Positions 26,976 to 40,203 of a stretch of 64,000 nucleotides of DNA are shown here, piece after piece (the first letter of the stretch is position 1; each line of letters opens with the position of its first letter). This DNA comes from Antechinus flavipes (lineage: Eukaryota): assembly GCF_016432865.1 (NCBI RefSeq), contig NC_067400.1:388306001-388370000 (forward strand). The letters are read 5' to 3'. A model generated the notes under the pieces. It searched no databases. It saw only the letters and a list, made by a program, of their open reading frames with translations, and was not told where the DNA came from. The translations under genes were made by a program, and so were the position numbers.

Positions 26976-28889
26976 TCCTTTCTCCCTCCCATCATCCTCA
27001 TTCTAATGTGCCCTCTTCAAGTCACATCTCATGCTCTAGACCTATCTCCCTATTCACCTATTAAAATTTTCTCTTTGCTTGCTACATTTTGAAGAATTTA
27101 TAACAAGTGAATTTACTCTATACAAGATGCTTTCCCACCAATGTCTGTACTTTTTTGGGGGGTAAGCTGACTTGCCCAAAATGTATAATACAGCTAAAAA
27201 GTGTTAACTCTTTGATGTCACATTTGAACTCAGGTTCTCCTCACTCCAGAGCTAGTGTTCTATCCACTAAGCCACTTAGCTTCCCTTCCAGCTTCATAAA
27301 ATTGTATGAACTCTGCCCATTGCCTAAAATAAACTTCCTCCTATCTCTCATATCTTTCTTCAGGAATCAATTGGCAGAGTCATATTGTGTCAAGGAAGTC
27401 CAAATTATTGAGAAAACTAGCTGCAATTAAATCTTATTTTAAATACATTGTAAGTACATTTAAAAGTAATCCATTTCCTTTATTGAGTTGCATTATTGGA
27501 AAGAATCCATTATTGTATTCAGCCACTTGCTTTGTTGTCAGATTTTACATAAATGGTGGTTACTGACTTTATTTATAACGACACTCATCCAGAAAATTTG
27601 AGTCTTGCTTGAACTCTTTCCCCAAGGCATCCATAGAAGGTAAGAACCTACAACAAGACAATCATGACAGAAGGATATGAAATGGACACAGCAGGTGAAC
27701 AGAAAAATGTTAACATTTATATTTACAATTGCAAGCAGTCTTTTTTTTTTTTAAACTGGAATTGTCTGTGTAAATGATTTCGATGGGCAATTCAACCTGT
27801 TGTTTTGAAGAGTGAGTTAATTATGCAAACTAGTTTATTATGAACGATGGTGATTATGAGGCTTCTCAGAATTTGATATTTTAGTAATGACAAGAATTAC
27901 AAGGAAAATCATGTCTATGGGAAATAAAATGCCCATCTTTAGAGGAGTGAAAATAGGATATTTGAATTTTTTTTAATTGTGAAGAATCCTTCACAAAAGA
28001 CTTTAATGCATCATTTTGGGATGGAAGATTCCATGTGTTCTTGAAGGTTGTGCCAGGAAATCACAGGCTTGGGCAGATCCTAGTATGTTGTAAACATCTC
28101 AATGTGGCAGCATGACTGTGTCTGATAACCAGCCAAAATATAGAAGGTTTCTCAGTGATGAAAGGTCTGATGAATTGGTGGTAATGTCTTTGATTCCAGT
28201 AGCTCACAAAGTGCATTTACAAAGGTATAGAAGAATTGTAATCCATATCATTGGAGGTGAAATTCTGGCTCCTTGACATGATTACAAATATCTAGAAAAT
28301 GAGTGTGACCATTTGAGTGATATATGAGACCTTTTCCAACTCTGAGTTTCTATAATTATGATTGTTATATCATTAGACAGTTATTTTTTCTTGTTTTTTA
28401 ATTAAAATATGTTTAGTTCCCATAGTAATAAAAACTAAGAGACATTTTATGATATGAAATATAGCTATGTGAAAAGCAAGACAACATTGAATACAATAAA
28501 TTGAAAATGACAGTATGTCAAAATGGGCCCCAAATAGGCTATTAGTTTATTCTTATTGAAAATTAAACCATGGGTCCAAATGTCTATCCATTATATGGCA
28601 CTCAGTATTTTTCCAGTTTTATAGTCCTTCCAACTCTGTAGGGTTAAAAACAATGTACATTTCTTCTTATTTCAGGATAGCAATACTCTTACTAAGGAAT
28701 GATTATCTAAAATTAGAATTCTATCAAGATAACATTAACCTCTATGGAAATAGACTTACTAATGACTGTAATGAAATGAGTCTTCTGAAAAACATTCAAA
28801 TTATTGAATTAATCTATCACTTTTAACCACACAGGATTTTTACGTCTTAGAAGCCACCTCTTTAACTGTTAGTACAAAAACATGAGGAT

Positions 28890-29060
28890 ATAATACTAAC
28901 TTAGCAGTTGTGTGACCCTGAACAAGTCATTTAACCTTGTTTGTCTCATCTTCCTTATCTGCAAAATGAGCTGGAGAAGGAAATGGTCTACCACTCCATT
29001 ATCTTTGCCAAGAAAACTCCAAATAGGGTCACAAAAAGTTGAACATGACTGAAAAGGGAT
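28890..29060 (+). mobile_element. MAR1-type SINE, 3' part
   Basis: tgtgtgaccctgaacaagtcatttaacc...aaaatgagctggagaaggaaatgg...tttgccaagaaaactccaaataggg. Confidence 0.8.
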
Positions 29061-31074
29061 GAAAAAAAACAAAAACAAAAACAAAAGAGTTTCTAGACCA
29101 GGAGTCATAAAGACCAAATTCAAATCTACCTCTAGCACTTCCTGTCTCATAACAAGCAAGTTACTTAGCTTTTCCAAGCTTCTGTTTCCTTATTTTTAAA
29201 ATGGATAAAATAATAGCTATACTATCAGACTGTGATAGTGGCTCAAATGCGAAAATGCACTAATAAATTACATATAATTTGATATTATTATAAATAGATA
29301 ATTCTGAGTCCTATAATTTTCTTTTTAGTGATGAGTAAATGTTATTTTTTTAAAAGTTTGTTACATACTTATCCAGAGGGGGAAAAATCAATTTACGATA
29401 CATATCTTTACTTTGACAGGACACAACAAAATCAAGAAAAATAAGAAAGGAGAATTATTGTGAGACCGTTGCTTTTGAAACCCTTTTGCTCAACTGTGGA
29501 ATTGAAAACTCAGGGAAGTTACTAAGGCTCCTTTAAGAAAGCAATGAAATTTTAGTAGCAAAATGAAGGTCAATTAGGACAGAATAATGGAGAAAATTTT
29601 GAACACCTAATTGCTGTTATATCAATTTTAATATCCACCCACATTCTGGAACCTGATACATCCTAACTCTCAAGGGTATGTAGATAATTATGCTTTTGAG
29701 GTGTTCAAGTACTTTATCACCAGTAAGACACTTGAACTCTGATGTGAGAAGGTTAATTATTTGGAATATCCTTGAAAACATTCTTTAGTAAGAGTGGATT
29801 ACATGAAGACACCTTGAAGTGACAATGCAAGACCCAAGAAAGATAAATGCAAAAATCAATGATTTGTCCATGTTCCCTCAGAGGACTGCTTTTGAATACT
29901 AACATTCTAAGCTATTAGTATTTCCTCTTGAAATGGAATTAATTTTTTTCACTCCTTTTTGCCTCTATGCTCAAAATGAATTGGTTTTAGCCAAATTTAG
30001 CCAGAGTGTGTGTTCCAGAAGCCCTTCTTGACAGGGTAAGGTAAAACTATCTTGGAAAGAGTAATGGTTTTAGGAGTCTTGATTTTTTTTCCCTCGTTAA
30101 CTCTCAAAAAGCCAAACTTGAATGCAATGATGGCATAATCTTCTACTTTACAATATATAGCATGAAAAGTATTTTTTTTTCATATAACTTACACACAAAT
30201 GTTTTTATTTTGTTTAAGCAGATATGTGATCTCACTGAGATGACTCTTCCCTCTCACAATACAAATGGCAACCCATCCTTACATGTCTATCTTGTGTGAT
30301 TTTTTTCTCATGTCCTTACCACAAGTAAACTTAATATATTTAGAATTATTAATAGATTTTTTCCGATATAATTATAGTTTAAAAAACCTAATTAATAAAA
30401 ATCAACAGACTTTTTAATGCTAATTTTATTTCCCCAAAATAAAGAATTTGAAATTTGAAAGAGACACCAGTTGTCATCTAGTCCATCTAGGTCTCGTACT
30501 CAGTATTTGTGTGTCTTTGGCCAAGTGCCTTAACTTCTCTGAAGCTTTGTTTCCTCATTTGTTAAATGGAGAGAATGATAGACTTTTTATCTCATATGTG
30601 AGGAAATAATTTTTAATCTAATAGAGTAGAAAATACATTATGTAACTATAAACTATTATCACACTGATCTTTCAAGGCCTCATTCAAGGCCTTCCAGGAA
30701 GCTAATCTTGATTTTATAATCTAGGTATGATCATGCTTCCTTTCATTCATATAATACTTTATGCTACTCTTATTGCAATCCCAAAACAATAATAATAACT
30801 ATAATAGCAGTTTAACAGCACTTCAAAGTTCTATAAGAACTTTTCCTTCCTCATCTTATTTGATTCTTACAACAACCCTATGAAATAGGTACTATTGTAG
30901 TGCCTGTTTTACAAATGAGAAAACTTAGGCTGAAAGATTTGAGTGATTTGCTCGGGGCCAATCAGCTAGTTGAGAGTATGAGGCAAAAGGAAAAAAAGAA
31001 AGGAAGGAAAGAAATAGCAACATTGGAATTGGCCAGTTGGGTTTCCAATGGGAAGCTTCCACCACTCACAGATT

Positions 31075-31245
31075 ATTATTAGTCCTTCCTTCTCAAAGAG
31101 GACCAATGAGGTCAGGAGGATAATGTCTTGACTTTCAAGTGAATTAAATTTAAGTGAGGCAGGGGCCATCAACCTCATTCACTCCCCTAGATTCATTTGG
31201 AGTTCAGTGGCAAGATATAGGTCAGGACAACTGGTAGTGACCCTA
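31075..31245 (-). mobile_element. Marsupial RTE-related SINE, 3' part
   Basis: Reverse complement resembles 8700-8830 (gtccttccttctcaaagaggacc...atttaagtgaggcagg...cagtggcaagatata). Confidence 0.5.
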
Positions 31246-31246
31246 T

Positions 31247-31992
31247 ATTGATAATACATAGAAATATTGGTGATTTATGTGGGTTTATTTTATATCCTGC
31301 AACTTTGCTGAAGTTGTTTCAACTAATTTTAAATTTGATTTTTTAGGATTCTTTAAGTATGCCATCACATTATATGCAAGGAATGAGAGTTTGGTATCCC
31401 CATTGCCTATTTTTATTCCTCCCATTTCTTTGTCTTATCTTTTTACTATAGCTAGTATTTCTAATAAGCGTGAATAAGAGTGGTAATGTGGACATTCATC
31501 CTTCAGTTCTGAACTTATTGGTTAAGTTTTTAACTTATTCTCATTGCAAATAATGCTTCCTGATGATTTAAATACTATGATTTTATCATTTTAGGGAAAG
31601 CTATATTTGCTCCTTTGCTTTCTAATTTTTTTTAAAGGAATGCATGCTACATGCTGCCAAAACCTTGTTCTGCATTTACTGAGATAATCATATGATGTTT
31701 GTTATTTTTGTTATTGATATGATCAGTAATGAAATTAGTTCTGTATTCCCACTATAAATCCCATATAATCATAATATGCTAAAGGAAGTATTCCATAGTT
31801 TTATTTTTCTGTTTTGGTTCTTCTTGGTTTTGATATCAGGACCATATTTAAGTCATAAAAGGAATTTGATAAAACTCCTTTGTCTATTTTCCAAATAATT
31901 TATATGGTATTGGAAGTAATTGTTTTTTAAATGTTTGGTAGAATTTACTTGTGAATCCATCTGGTCTTAGGGATTTTTTTAGGGAGCTCATT
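31247..31992 (-). mobile_element. Old L1 ORF2 (RT region) fragment with internal deletions
   Basis: Reverse strand starts aatgagctccctaaaaaaatccctaagaccagatggattcacaagtaaattctaccaaacatt (NELP..K.P..PDGF); includes tatcctgcaactttgctgaa. Confidence 0.75.
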
Positions 31993-31996
31993 TCTG

Positions 31997-32805
31997 ATTT
32001 GGATTACAACCAAGAATAATGTATCCACAAAAACAAAAATAAAATAGGTGGAAACGTGGCTATTTAAAGAAACAGAAGACTTTCAAGCATTTGTGATAAA
32101 AAGATCAGAGATGAATAGAAAATTTTGATTTTCAAATAGAAGACTCAGGATAAGCATAAAAATATAAATATGGGAGAGATATCCTAAGGATTTCAATAAG
32201 ATTAAACTGTTTGCACTCTTTTTTTTTTTGTTTGGAAGGCAACTAGGGTCTTTTCCCTAGCATCACAGAGTTAGTGTTAAATATCTGAGTCTAAATTTGA
32301 ACTCAGGTCCTCCTGACTCCAGGGCCAGTGTTCTATCCACTGTGTCATCTACCTGCCCCTATTTATATTCTTATATGGGAAGATGATACTTGCAATTCCT
32401 AAGAATCTTATCATTGCTAAGGCATTTAGAAGGAGTAGACACATATTGATGGCATGGGTACAAGTTGACTATGAGGAAATAATGAAAGATAAAAAAGTAG
32501 GATGCAATGAGAGAAGGGTGAAGGGAAAGGAAGAATTGGGGAAATTATCTACATAAAAGAAGCAGGCAAGGAAGAGCTTTTACAGTGCAGGGGAAATAAA
32601 GGAGTCAGGGGTTGCTTGACCCTCACTTACTTTGGCCCAAAGCAAGAATTGCCGTAAACAGTAAATAATATACATACTGAGTTTGGGTAGAGAAATCTAC
32701 CTTATCCATCAGGAAAGCAGTAGAGAAGGTGATAAGGGGATAAAAGAAGGGGAATAACAGAAAGGAGGGTAGATTAACGAAGGCAGTGGTCAGAAGCAAA
32801 ACATT
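31997..32805 (+). mobile_element. L1 ORF1 3' end and inter-ORF fragment (interrupted by WSINE1)
   Basis: ggattacaaccaagaat...gacttttcaagcatt...gaatagaaaattttgattttcaaata...atgggaagatgatact. Confidence 0.6.
32219..32359 (-). mobile_element. WSINE1-type SINE
   Basis: Poly(T), then tttgaactcaggtcctcctgactccagggccagtgttctatccactgtgtcatctacctgcccct. Confidence 0.85.
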
Positions 32806-33444
32806 TGTGAGGTCACAAGACTAGCACTTCTCTTCATCCTGAAATTGTGGCCAGGAGGTGTGTATACCCAAATTCAGCATAGAGTTCCCTATGATCTTTT
32901 TCTGATCAGTTGTCTAATCCTACTTCCTGCCTCACTCTTACCATCTGTGGGCTAAGAACTCTTGAAGCTCCTGCTGCATTGTAGCATCCATTTCTAAGGA
33001 CTGCTGGTGGTGTGGCTACAAGCACTGAACTATCTGAACTATCACCTTTGTGTCTCAGACCTTTCCTGCCAGTCTCATAAATTGGCTTGGGCTGAACTAA
33101 TCTCTTACTTTGACCTTTTGTTGTCTCTGCCACTGCAGCATTCAATTAGAGGTGTTATTTTAAAAATTATTTATAAGGAAATGTTTGGGGAGTTCACTGT
33201 TTTGCTGTCTGTATTTTGTCATCTTGGCTGTTCCTAAAATCCTGTCTTCTTTAATAACTTAACCAGTTCCTCAACCTCCCCTAACTTAAAATGCCTTTCA
33301 TGAAATTATCTTCAGTTTATCTTGTATCTATCTTGTTTGTACATCTTTGCTTCTATAATGTCACACATTAGATTCTGAAGTTCTTGAGAGTAGATTGCTT
33401 TTAATTATTTTTTTGACCCCCAGAACTTAACTCAGAGCTTAGCA

Positions 33445-33622
33445 AGTAGTTTTGGTTGTTCCGAAGTTTCAGTCATGTCCAACGCTTCATGATTTTATTT
33501 GGGTTTTTCTTTTGGGCAAAAATAAAGGAGTGGTTTGTCATTTTCTTCTCCAGGTCATTTTATAATGAGGAAACTGAGGCAAACAAGCTTAAGTGACTTG
33601 CCCATGTCACATAGTTAGTAAG
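33445..33622 (-). mobile_element. MAR1-type SINE
   Basis: ttcagtcatgtccaacgcttcatga...ggagtggtttgtcatttt...gaggaaactgaggcaaacaagcttaagtgacttgcccat. Confidence 0.8.
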
Positions 33623-34789
33623 AGGGAACGTTTAATATATTTATCAAACAGCAAACAAAAGATTCAACACAGAGAAGCAGACATAATGTGATTCATATGC
33701 AAAAATCTGATGACCACTATGCTACATTGTTTTTCTTTATCTTTTTTCCTAACCTAAGTTATACATCCGTTCAGAAAATATTCTCTTTAAAAAGAAAATA
33801 AAAAATATCCAACTCATTTCAGTAGTATAACCTAATATGCCTCCAGGAGAGGAACTTTTTATAGACTACAAACTATTTCACACAACTCCTAATAATACCC
33901 ATATTTCTGACTTTATGAATGCTCCTTCCTACATGGTCTAGTTAAGTGAAAACTTGTTTTTGAGAATCAGTCATGTCTCTAGTTTGCTTTTTCATCTTTG
34001 TTATCAGATTTATAGAAGACATGTTCAATATAAACTTGCTAAGTGCATTTAAAGGAAAGCAAAATAGACTTGCTGACAACTAAATAGTCATAGTAAATCC
34101 TTATAATTTTAGATAAAAATGATGATCCTTGAATGAAAAAATTTTGAATATGAGTTTTGAAATTCTATTTTTAATCAGCTGAGTGTACCTTTTCATTAAA
34201 GTACTTATATAATTTCTGTTTCCTGCTATCTATCTTATATTATCAATGTTTATTATTTCTAAGGAGGCAAGAATTTACAAAATATGAACATCAGATCTAC
34301 TGAATATATTACACTCTAGATTACTACAGATGTTTCATGTCAGACTGAGAAAATGATATATACTTTCCTCCTCTTTCCAAGGAGAAAGTATCAATTTTGA
34401 TGAAAACAGAAAATTTGCCATTTGCTATTAGGTGCAGGCACTCATTCACTCTATGATGCTCTGTTTTGATGTGGAAAAGTTTTGGTCCTAAAATATATTG
34501 ATGGGGCACACAAATGCTATTCTAGGAATCTGATGGTATGGAATATACAAAAGAATAAAATATAATAAAGAAAATATAAATTAAAGCTGAAAGAAAAAAA
34601 ACCTATTTCCATTCCCTTAAAACCTGCAAATAATAACTTTTATGCATATGTGATTTCATACTTAAAATTTTAGAAGGCAAACTGTCACTAGCATAGAAAT
34701 TTTCTATAGAACCCCTCAGTCAACCAATTATTGATCAGTTATTGATTGAATTGATTGTGTGAACCTGATGAATGAGAGTATAATAGACC

Positions 34790-35220
34790 AAAACAGAGAA
34801 GCATGCTACAAGTGCAGGCCTAGGAGAAAAATGATGATTTATATTTCAGACATTTTGAATTTGAGATGGGACATCCAGGTAGAGATGCCCAACTGAAAGA
34901 TGGTTGATATGGGCCAGGAGTTCCGAATGTTGTTTAGATATTTTGATTTGGGAGTCATTTGCTTATAAATCTCATCATCACAAAGGCTGAAATAATCATC
35001 AAAAAATATAATTAGAAATCCAAGAGAGAAAATACATTAAGTCAAAGCTTTGAGAAACATCTCTTCCTAGGGGTAGAAGATGGATGAAATAGCAAAGGAC
35101 AATAAATGAGGTGTAATCATCAAGGAGAACAAGAAGAAAGAAAAGTCAAGAAAGTCAAAGTAGGAGAGACTATCCAAATTGTAATAATATCAAGAGTTGA
35201 AAAAAAGTCAGGTCAAAGTA
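34790..35220 (-). mobile_element. L2 LINE fragment
   Basis: gacattttgaatttgagatgggacatccaggtagagatg...gatttgggagtcatt...ggagaacaagaaga. Confidence 0.5.
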
Positions 35221-35234
35221 AGGTTTAATAATCT

Positions 35235-35350
35235 TTTTCTCTCTGTGTCTCTGTGTTTATGTCTCTGTGTCTGTGTCCCTCTGTGTCTCTGTGTTTCTGT
35301 CTCTCTCTGTCTCTCTCTGTCTCTATCTCTCTCTTTCTCTCTCTCTCTCT
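35235..35350. repeat. (TC)n/(TGTCTC)n microsatellite
   Basis: Directly visible. Confidence 0.9.
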
Positions 35351-35794
35351 TCCCCTGATTATAGAGTTCCCACAGAAAAAATACTTTACTCACGAAAACT
35401 GACAGTATTCTTTCACAGAATCTCAGGGAGTTTTCTGGAACACTGACAAGTTAAATGAGTTGCTCAGAGTCATGGGGGTTTGGGGCTGAAGAAGACAGAG
35501 CAAAATGGAAGGAAGTCCAAATTAAGGGTCAAACTATGTGCCAGACATTGCGATATGGGCTTTATACACATTTATTTGATATAGCTAGTATATATTGGAG
35601 ACTGGACTTAAACTTAGGTCATACTGACCTTAAGGCAATCTCTATCTCCCACAATAGTATACAATATCTTATAATCATAATCATCAGTGCAAAATATTAA
35701 ATAAAATATTACCAAAGAGGGTACAGTAATCAATATTTAAAGATTTTTATTGTGATGTACTGTGAATTTGTTATACTTAGACCAGAAGTGCAAA

Positions 35795-36620
35795 GATGGT
35801 CCAATATTAAGAAAACTATAAACATCTTAATAAAAATAATGAAAATAACATGATTCTATTAATAGAAGTTGAAAAAAACTTTTTGATAAAACAACATTCA
35901 TTTATGTTAATATGATAAGAAAAACCTATGGAAATAAAAACACTTATTAATACAAGGAAAATCACCTCTCTAAGACCATGAGCTAGCTAGCATTAACTAT
36001 TATGGAGAAAAATGCTAAAAGCCTTTTGAATGGGAGTAAGAGGTGCACCCAGAATATCTTTTTTTTTTCACTATTTTTTCCATGCTATTTGAAATCTTAA
36101 ATCTATCAAGATGATATGAAAAAAGAAATTAATGTTATAGGGATAGGCAAATCTCTATAGATATTGTGACTAGAGAATTAAAGAACTATAAATGAAGAAA
36201 ACTTTTGTGCTATTAAAATTGAGACAATTGATACATATATTTGTACATATGTGATCTCAACTGGATAATATGCTCTTGGTGAGCAGAAATCATATACTAA
36301 ACATTTCTTTCCAATCTGTAACATGTAAGGTTACATATCCAATAATTGTTTTTTGAATGAATGATAGATAATTTTTAAAAATATGACTATGTTGTAAGAA
36401 AATAATTGGCCATTTTTTTTATGATAACAAAGGTTATAAATGAATAATCTTATGTATCTGAAATATTCAGGCAGAATGGACATCTCTAGCCTCTTTTTCC
36501 ATTTTCCTCCAAGACAATTTTAATTATGGCCAGAAGGGAAAGCAGAAATTGAAGCAAGATACTAATTTTATCTCTTCAGAGAGGTGGTACCAGGCTAGAA
36601 TTGTATCTATCTGTTCTTTG
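35795..36620 (+). mobile_element. Highly diverged L1 ORF2 fragment
   Basis: gatggtccaatattaagaaaactataaac...catgattctattaatagaagttgaaaaaaactttttgataaaa (degenerate [23 protein letters not shown]). Confidence 0.5.
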
Positions 36621-36719
36621 AAATAATGTTAATCTAGGGAATGTAATCACCTTTGAGCTAACTTATGATTGTCATTTTTTTGGGGGGGAAAGTAGAACCA
36701 AGCTTGACTCTTTCCCACA

Positions 36720-36920
36720 CAAAATGCCAGTTCCACAATGAAGACATCACAAATATTGAAGAAAACTCATGTATCCAAACTAGTCACAAAACAGAAAACA
36801 AAGAAGATATACATGGGAGAATATATGTCAGACAATAGACAATCAAGGTATACCCCAATTGGGAATAAAGTAACTCAGCTCACCCAAGAGTGAGTGTTCT
36901 GGATCTCACTCAAGAGGATG
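36720..36920 (+). mobile_element. Possible ancient RTE-clade LINE C-terminal fragment
   Basis: Frame-joined translation M..SQILKKLMY..*SQNRKQRRY..., later WE, weakly resembling the RTE C-terminal M.D.R.PK.LLY..L..G.R..G.Q.KRY.D motif. Confidence 0.25.
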
Positions 36921-38129
36921 CTTTTCATATTTTCTAGGGGCACAATCTTGGAACCAAGACATGATGGAGAGATTGTCCTCCTCTTTCATGTCTTCCCAGA
37001 TGCTTTTCTTTCCATAATGTTAAGTACAGTGATTTCTTGAAGTTGGAAGCCAGGAGCATCTGAAATGACTGCAAAGCCTTAAGTGATAAGGACATGATTA
37101 AGATTCAATGGAAATTTAAGAAAACTCAAGACACTGAAAAGATCTTTTATCAATTCTGTCCTGTTCTCATGCAGAGCATTCATCTCTATCAATGAGGTTC
37201 ATGACAATGAGCTGTGGGATTGTGGTTATAATAGGAACCAGAAATTTATACTCTTCGGACTAGCATCTCCAATTATCAAGTTTATCAGGTACAGATTTGA
37301 TCAAATTAAAGTATGAAAAAAATAAGAATTTTTAATATCAAAATATGTATTTTACTATTCTTTCTCAAAATTATTCATGCAATGCAAATTATCAGCTACA
37401 TTTTACAATATCTTTATATTTGACTCATCAAAAATCTAAAAGATAAAAAAAAATTGGAATTGAAGTCAAATGTGTTTATTGTCATTATTTAAAAGAATTT
37501 CATTAAATTGTTATTCCTGGATATATAAGTAATTTTGAAACATATTTAATTTCCTTATGGTTTAAAATAAGATGCTTTTTTTTATTGAACATGCTTTCCT
37601 TTCTCTTTGTCCTGTGTTTAACATTTGAATATCTTTTTACTTTCAAATATGTGAAATCTATTATATTTTTTAAAAAAAGAAACTCAATGCATTACCATTT
37701 CAATGAAGTAGTCTCCTTCTAGAGTGCTCACCTCACACTATGAATATTTTCAGTGAAACCTGGGGGATTGTAAACCATAGTCTCTTCCAAAATTTCTCCC
37801 CCACTGAGATCCAGGCTACTAAATCAGATATAGTCTCCAAAATATGTTAAATGGGGGCTACACTATTGCAAAGATGAGAATAGATTCTGAATGCTCTATA
37901 GAGAATAGACATTTAGTTTTGGGCATGATTTCTGTTTAAGATAAAAAATGTTTTTATACATTTGAAATATGCCAAAATATAAGGTTGAATTTATAAATTA
38001 TATAACAAGTTGATGCTGCATTTCTCTTACATACGGATTTTTTTGCTTCCTGTTACCAATATATGTTGACTAATAAAAAAGATTACCATATTTAAGTTGC
38101 AAAGTATATACAGACTTTATGATGATTTT

Positions 38130-38370
38130 TTTGGCAATTACTGGTATTATATGATTTTAGAGGAAGAGATAGTTGGAACCTTGCAGGTCAATGAATCCAA
38201 CATTTCATATGAAGAGGTTAAATGTCTTGGCCAGGGTGACATAATGAATACTTCTGTGAAGCAAGATGTGAACTCAGGTGTTTCTGATAAACAATCAGCA
38301 CTCTACCTACTAATTCCAAACTACCTTTCAAATATCAAAGCAAATCAAATCCTGAGACTCATGGAGGTTA
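38130..38370 (-). mobile_element. MIR-family SINE
   Basis: atagttggaaccttgcaggtcaatgaatccaac...gaggttaaatgtcttggccaggg...gatgtgaactcagg. Confidence 0.55.
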
Positions 38371-39294
38371 CACGACTTTTTTAGAGTCATACTGAAACTA
38401 AGCAACAAAGGTAGGTTCACAATTATGGAAATTTAATAGGATTTTACAAATATATATTACTAGTATAAAACTATACTGATAAAACTCAGGTGAGAGTGAT
38501 GTGGTAGAGAATAATGAAGGAGATATGGGTTTGATTTTTGCCCTTTAAACTTTCTCTTGACTAAAGTATTTTAGTCCTTAATTACTTGGAAGTCACCTAA
38601 CATTTTCAAATCTCAGTTTCTTTATTTAAAAAAGAACAAAATGCTGCTAGTACCTTTTACTTTATGGGTTTATTGTTTAAATCAATATATAAAATATGAC
38701 AATATGTGGAAAAGTCTCTTGTAATCCTTAAAGGTATTTTAGATTAATATTATTATTTGAAGTTATGGGACAGGCAGATCAGGATGGTGACAATAAAAAA
38801 AATGAGAAAAGAGGAAGATAAAAATGGTGGTTAAATGCAATAAAATGACATTTTAGCATTTTAGATTTGTGGATTGTGGTATTTCTAATGGAAATATAAG
38901 ACATAGTAAAAATGAAAGTAAGACTACTTTTTTCCTCACTGAAAACTTTAGTTTTCACTGAACACACAACCCAGCTTTAAAATCCTGAATCCAGAAGTAA
39001 AGGATGAAACTCTAAATAATAAGTAATAATAAGAATACATAATCCAGAGTAGTATCTCTTGAGAAAAGACTCCATGACATAAGGACATTCACTTAGCCAC
39101 TTAATTCTTCCAAGTCCTATTTCTTCACTTGCCAAATGGAAGCGAATGATAACTATTCTTTCTGAGTCATAGATTTCCCTAGGAGTCAACCAATTCTTGA
39201 ATTATATAGCAGCTTGAAAACTTTAAGACACTCTTCACTTATAATATTTAATTATTGTCATATGTATTTATATCAAAAGACTGCCTGTAGAACA

Positions 39295-39500
39295 TTAACT
39301 GACATTTGCGTGGTGTTTTAAGGCTTGCAAGAGAGCTTTTTGCTCATTATCTCATTTAATTTCCACAACAACCTAGTGAGTAGGCATTATATCCCATTTT
39401 ATAGAGATGAAGAAATTTAAGTTTAGAGTTCAAGTGACTTGCTGTGTTCACACAGAGATGGGAATCAAATCGACTTCTCTCTAGACTCCAAGTCCACCAT
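39295..39500 (-). mobile_element. MIR-family SINE
   Basis: ttttaaggcttgcaag...tatctcatttaat...cccattttatagagatgaagaaa...aagtgacttgc...gactccaagtcc. Confidence 0.65.
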
Positions 39501-40203
39501 TCCATTTCATTCAAGATGCTGTTCTAGTCCCCTAAATAGTTGTTTTAGTACATATATCTTGGAAGACAATGCTGAAGGACAAAATGGGTCTGTCTTAAAC
39601 TGAATAGGAGTGAATAGACTGAATTGCATTTGGGACATTAGGCAGTACTTTTTAACAATCCCAAGGTACTCCTTAAAGCAGAGAATCAGCTCTTAAACAC
39701 TATTTTTAAAAAATGCCATTTATTTTGCAGTTCTACAATTTGTGGAATACCACAATCTCTGGAAAATCCAATTTCTTAGTGATTTGAAGAGCACTGGAAA
39801 AGTTGGCATAAGTAGGAGTGGAATATTAGCTGTTCAAAAAGAATTATAACTAATATATACAATTTGCATAATTAAAGACAGAGATGTGCCAGTCATATGT
39901 AAAGACTGAAGGAAAGTACAAAGCCTGAATGATACTTTGGTACCCAAATCATGTTAAAAATTTGAGGAAGGAATCTTGTCAATTAAGTGAATTTTTATGA
40001 GAAGTATTTATGGGAGGACATGATATCATGATGATAAGTTTTAGTACCACAATAAGATAATAGAAATAAATTTCTCATCATGGCATCATGGTCTCTATTT
40101 TGCTTTAAATATCCATTTTGTGAGCTATTTTGAGTAAGTTGTTTTACAGTAGAAAGTTAAGCATCTGGATGTTATAATGAAGTAAGCAATGAGCATATTC
40201 TTT

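Noticed and set aside
28154-28172. TGATGA...CTGA resembling snoRNA C/D boxes
   Set aside because: Boxes only a few nt apart, with no terminal stem or room for a guide.
35208-35393. Arg/Glu-rich minus-strand ORF
   Set aside because: Artefact of the (TC)n microsatellite.
36720-37322. Fairly open frame ending at TATG(A)7, like a rhabdovirus gene-end signal (possible endogenous viral element)
   Set aside because: Near-identical TATGA6 runs occur elsewhere in this AT-rich window (15397, 36115). The translation matches no viral protein I know, and its first part looks more like an old RTE LINE. tBLASTn against Mononegavirales would settle it.
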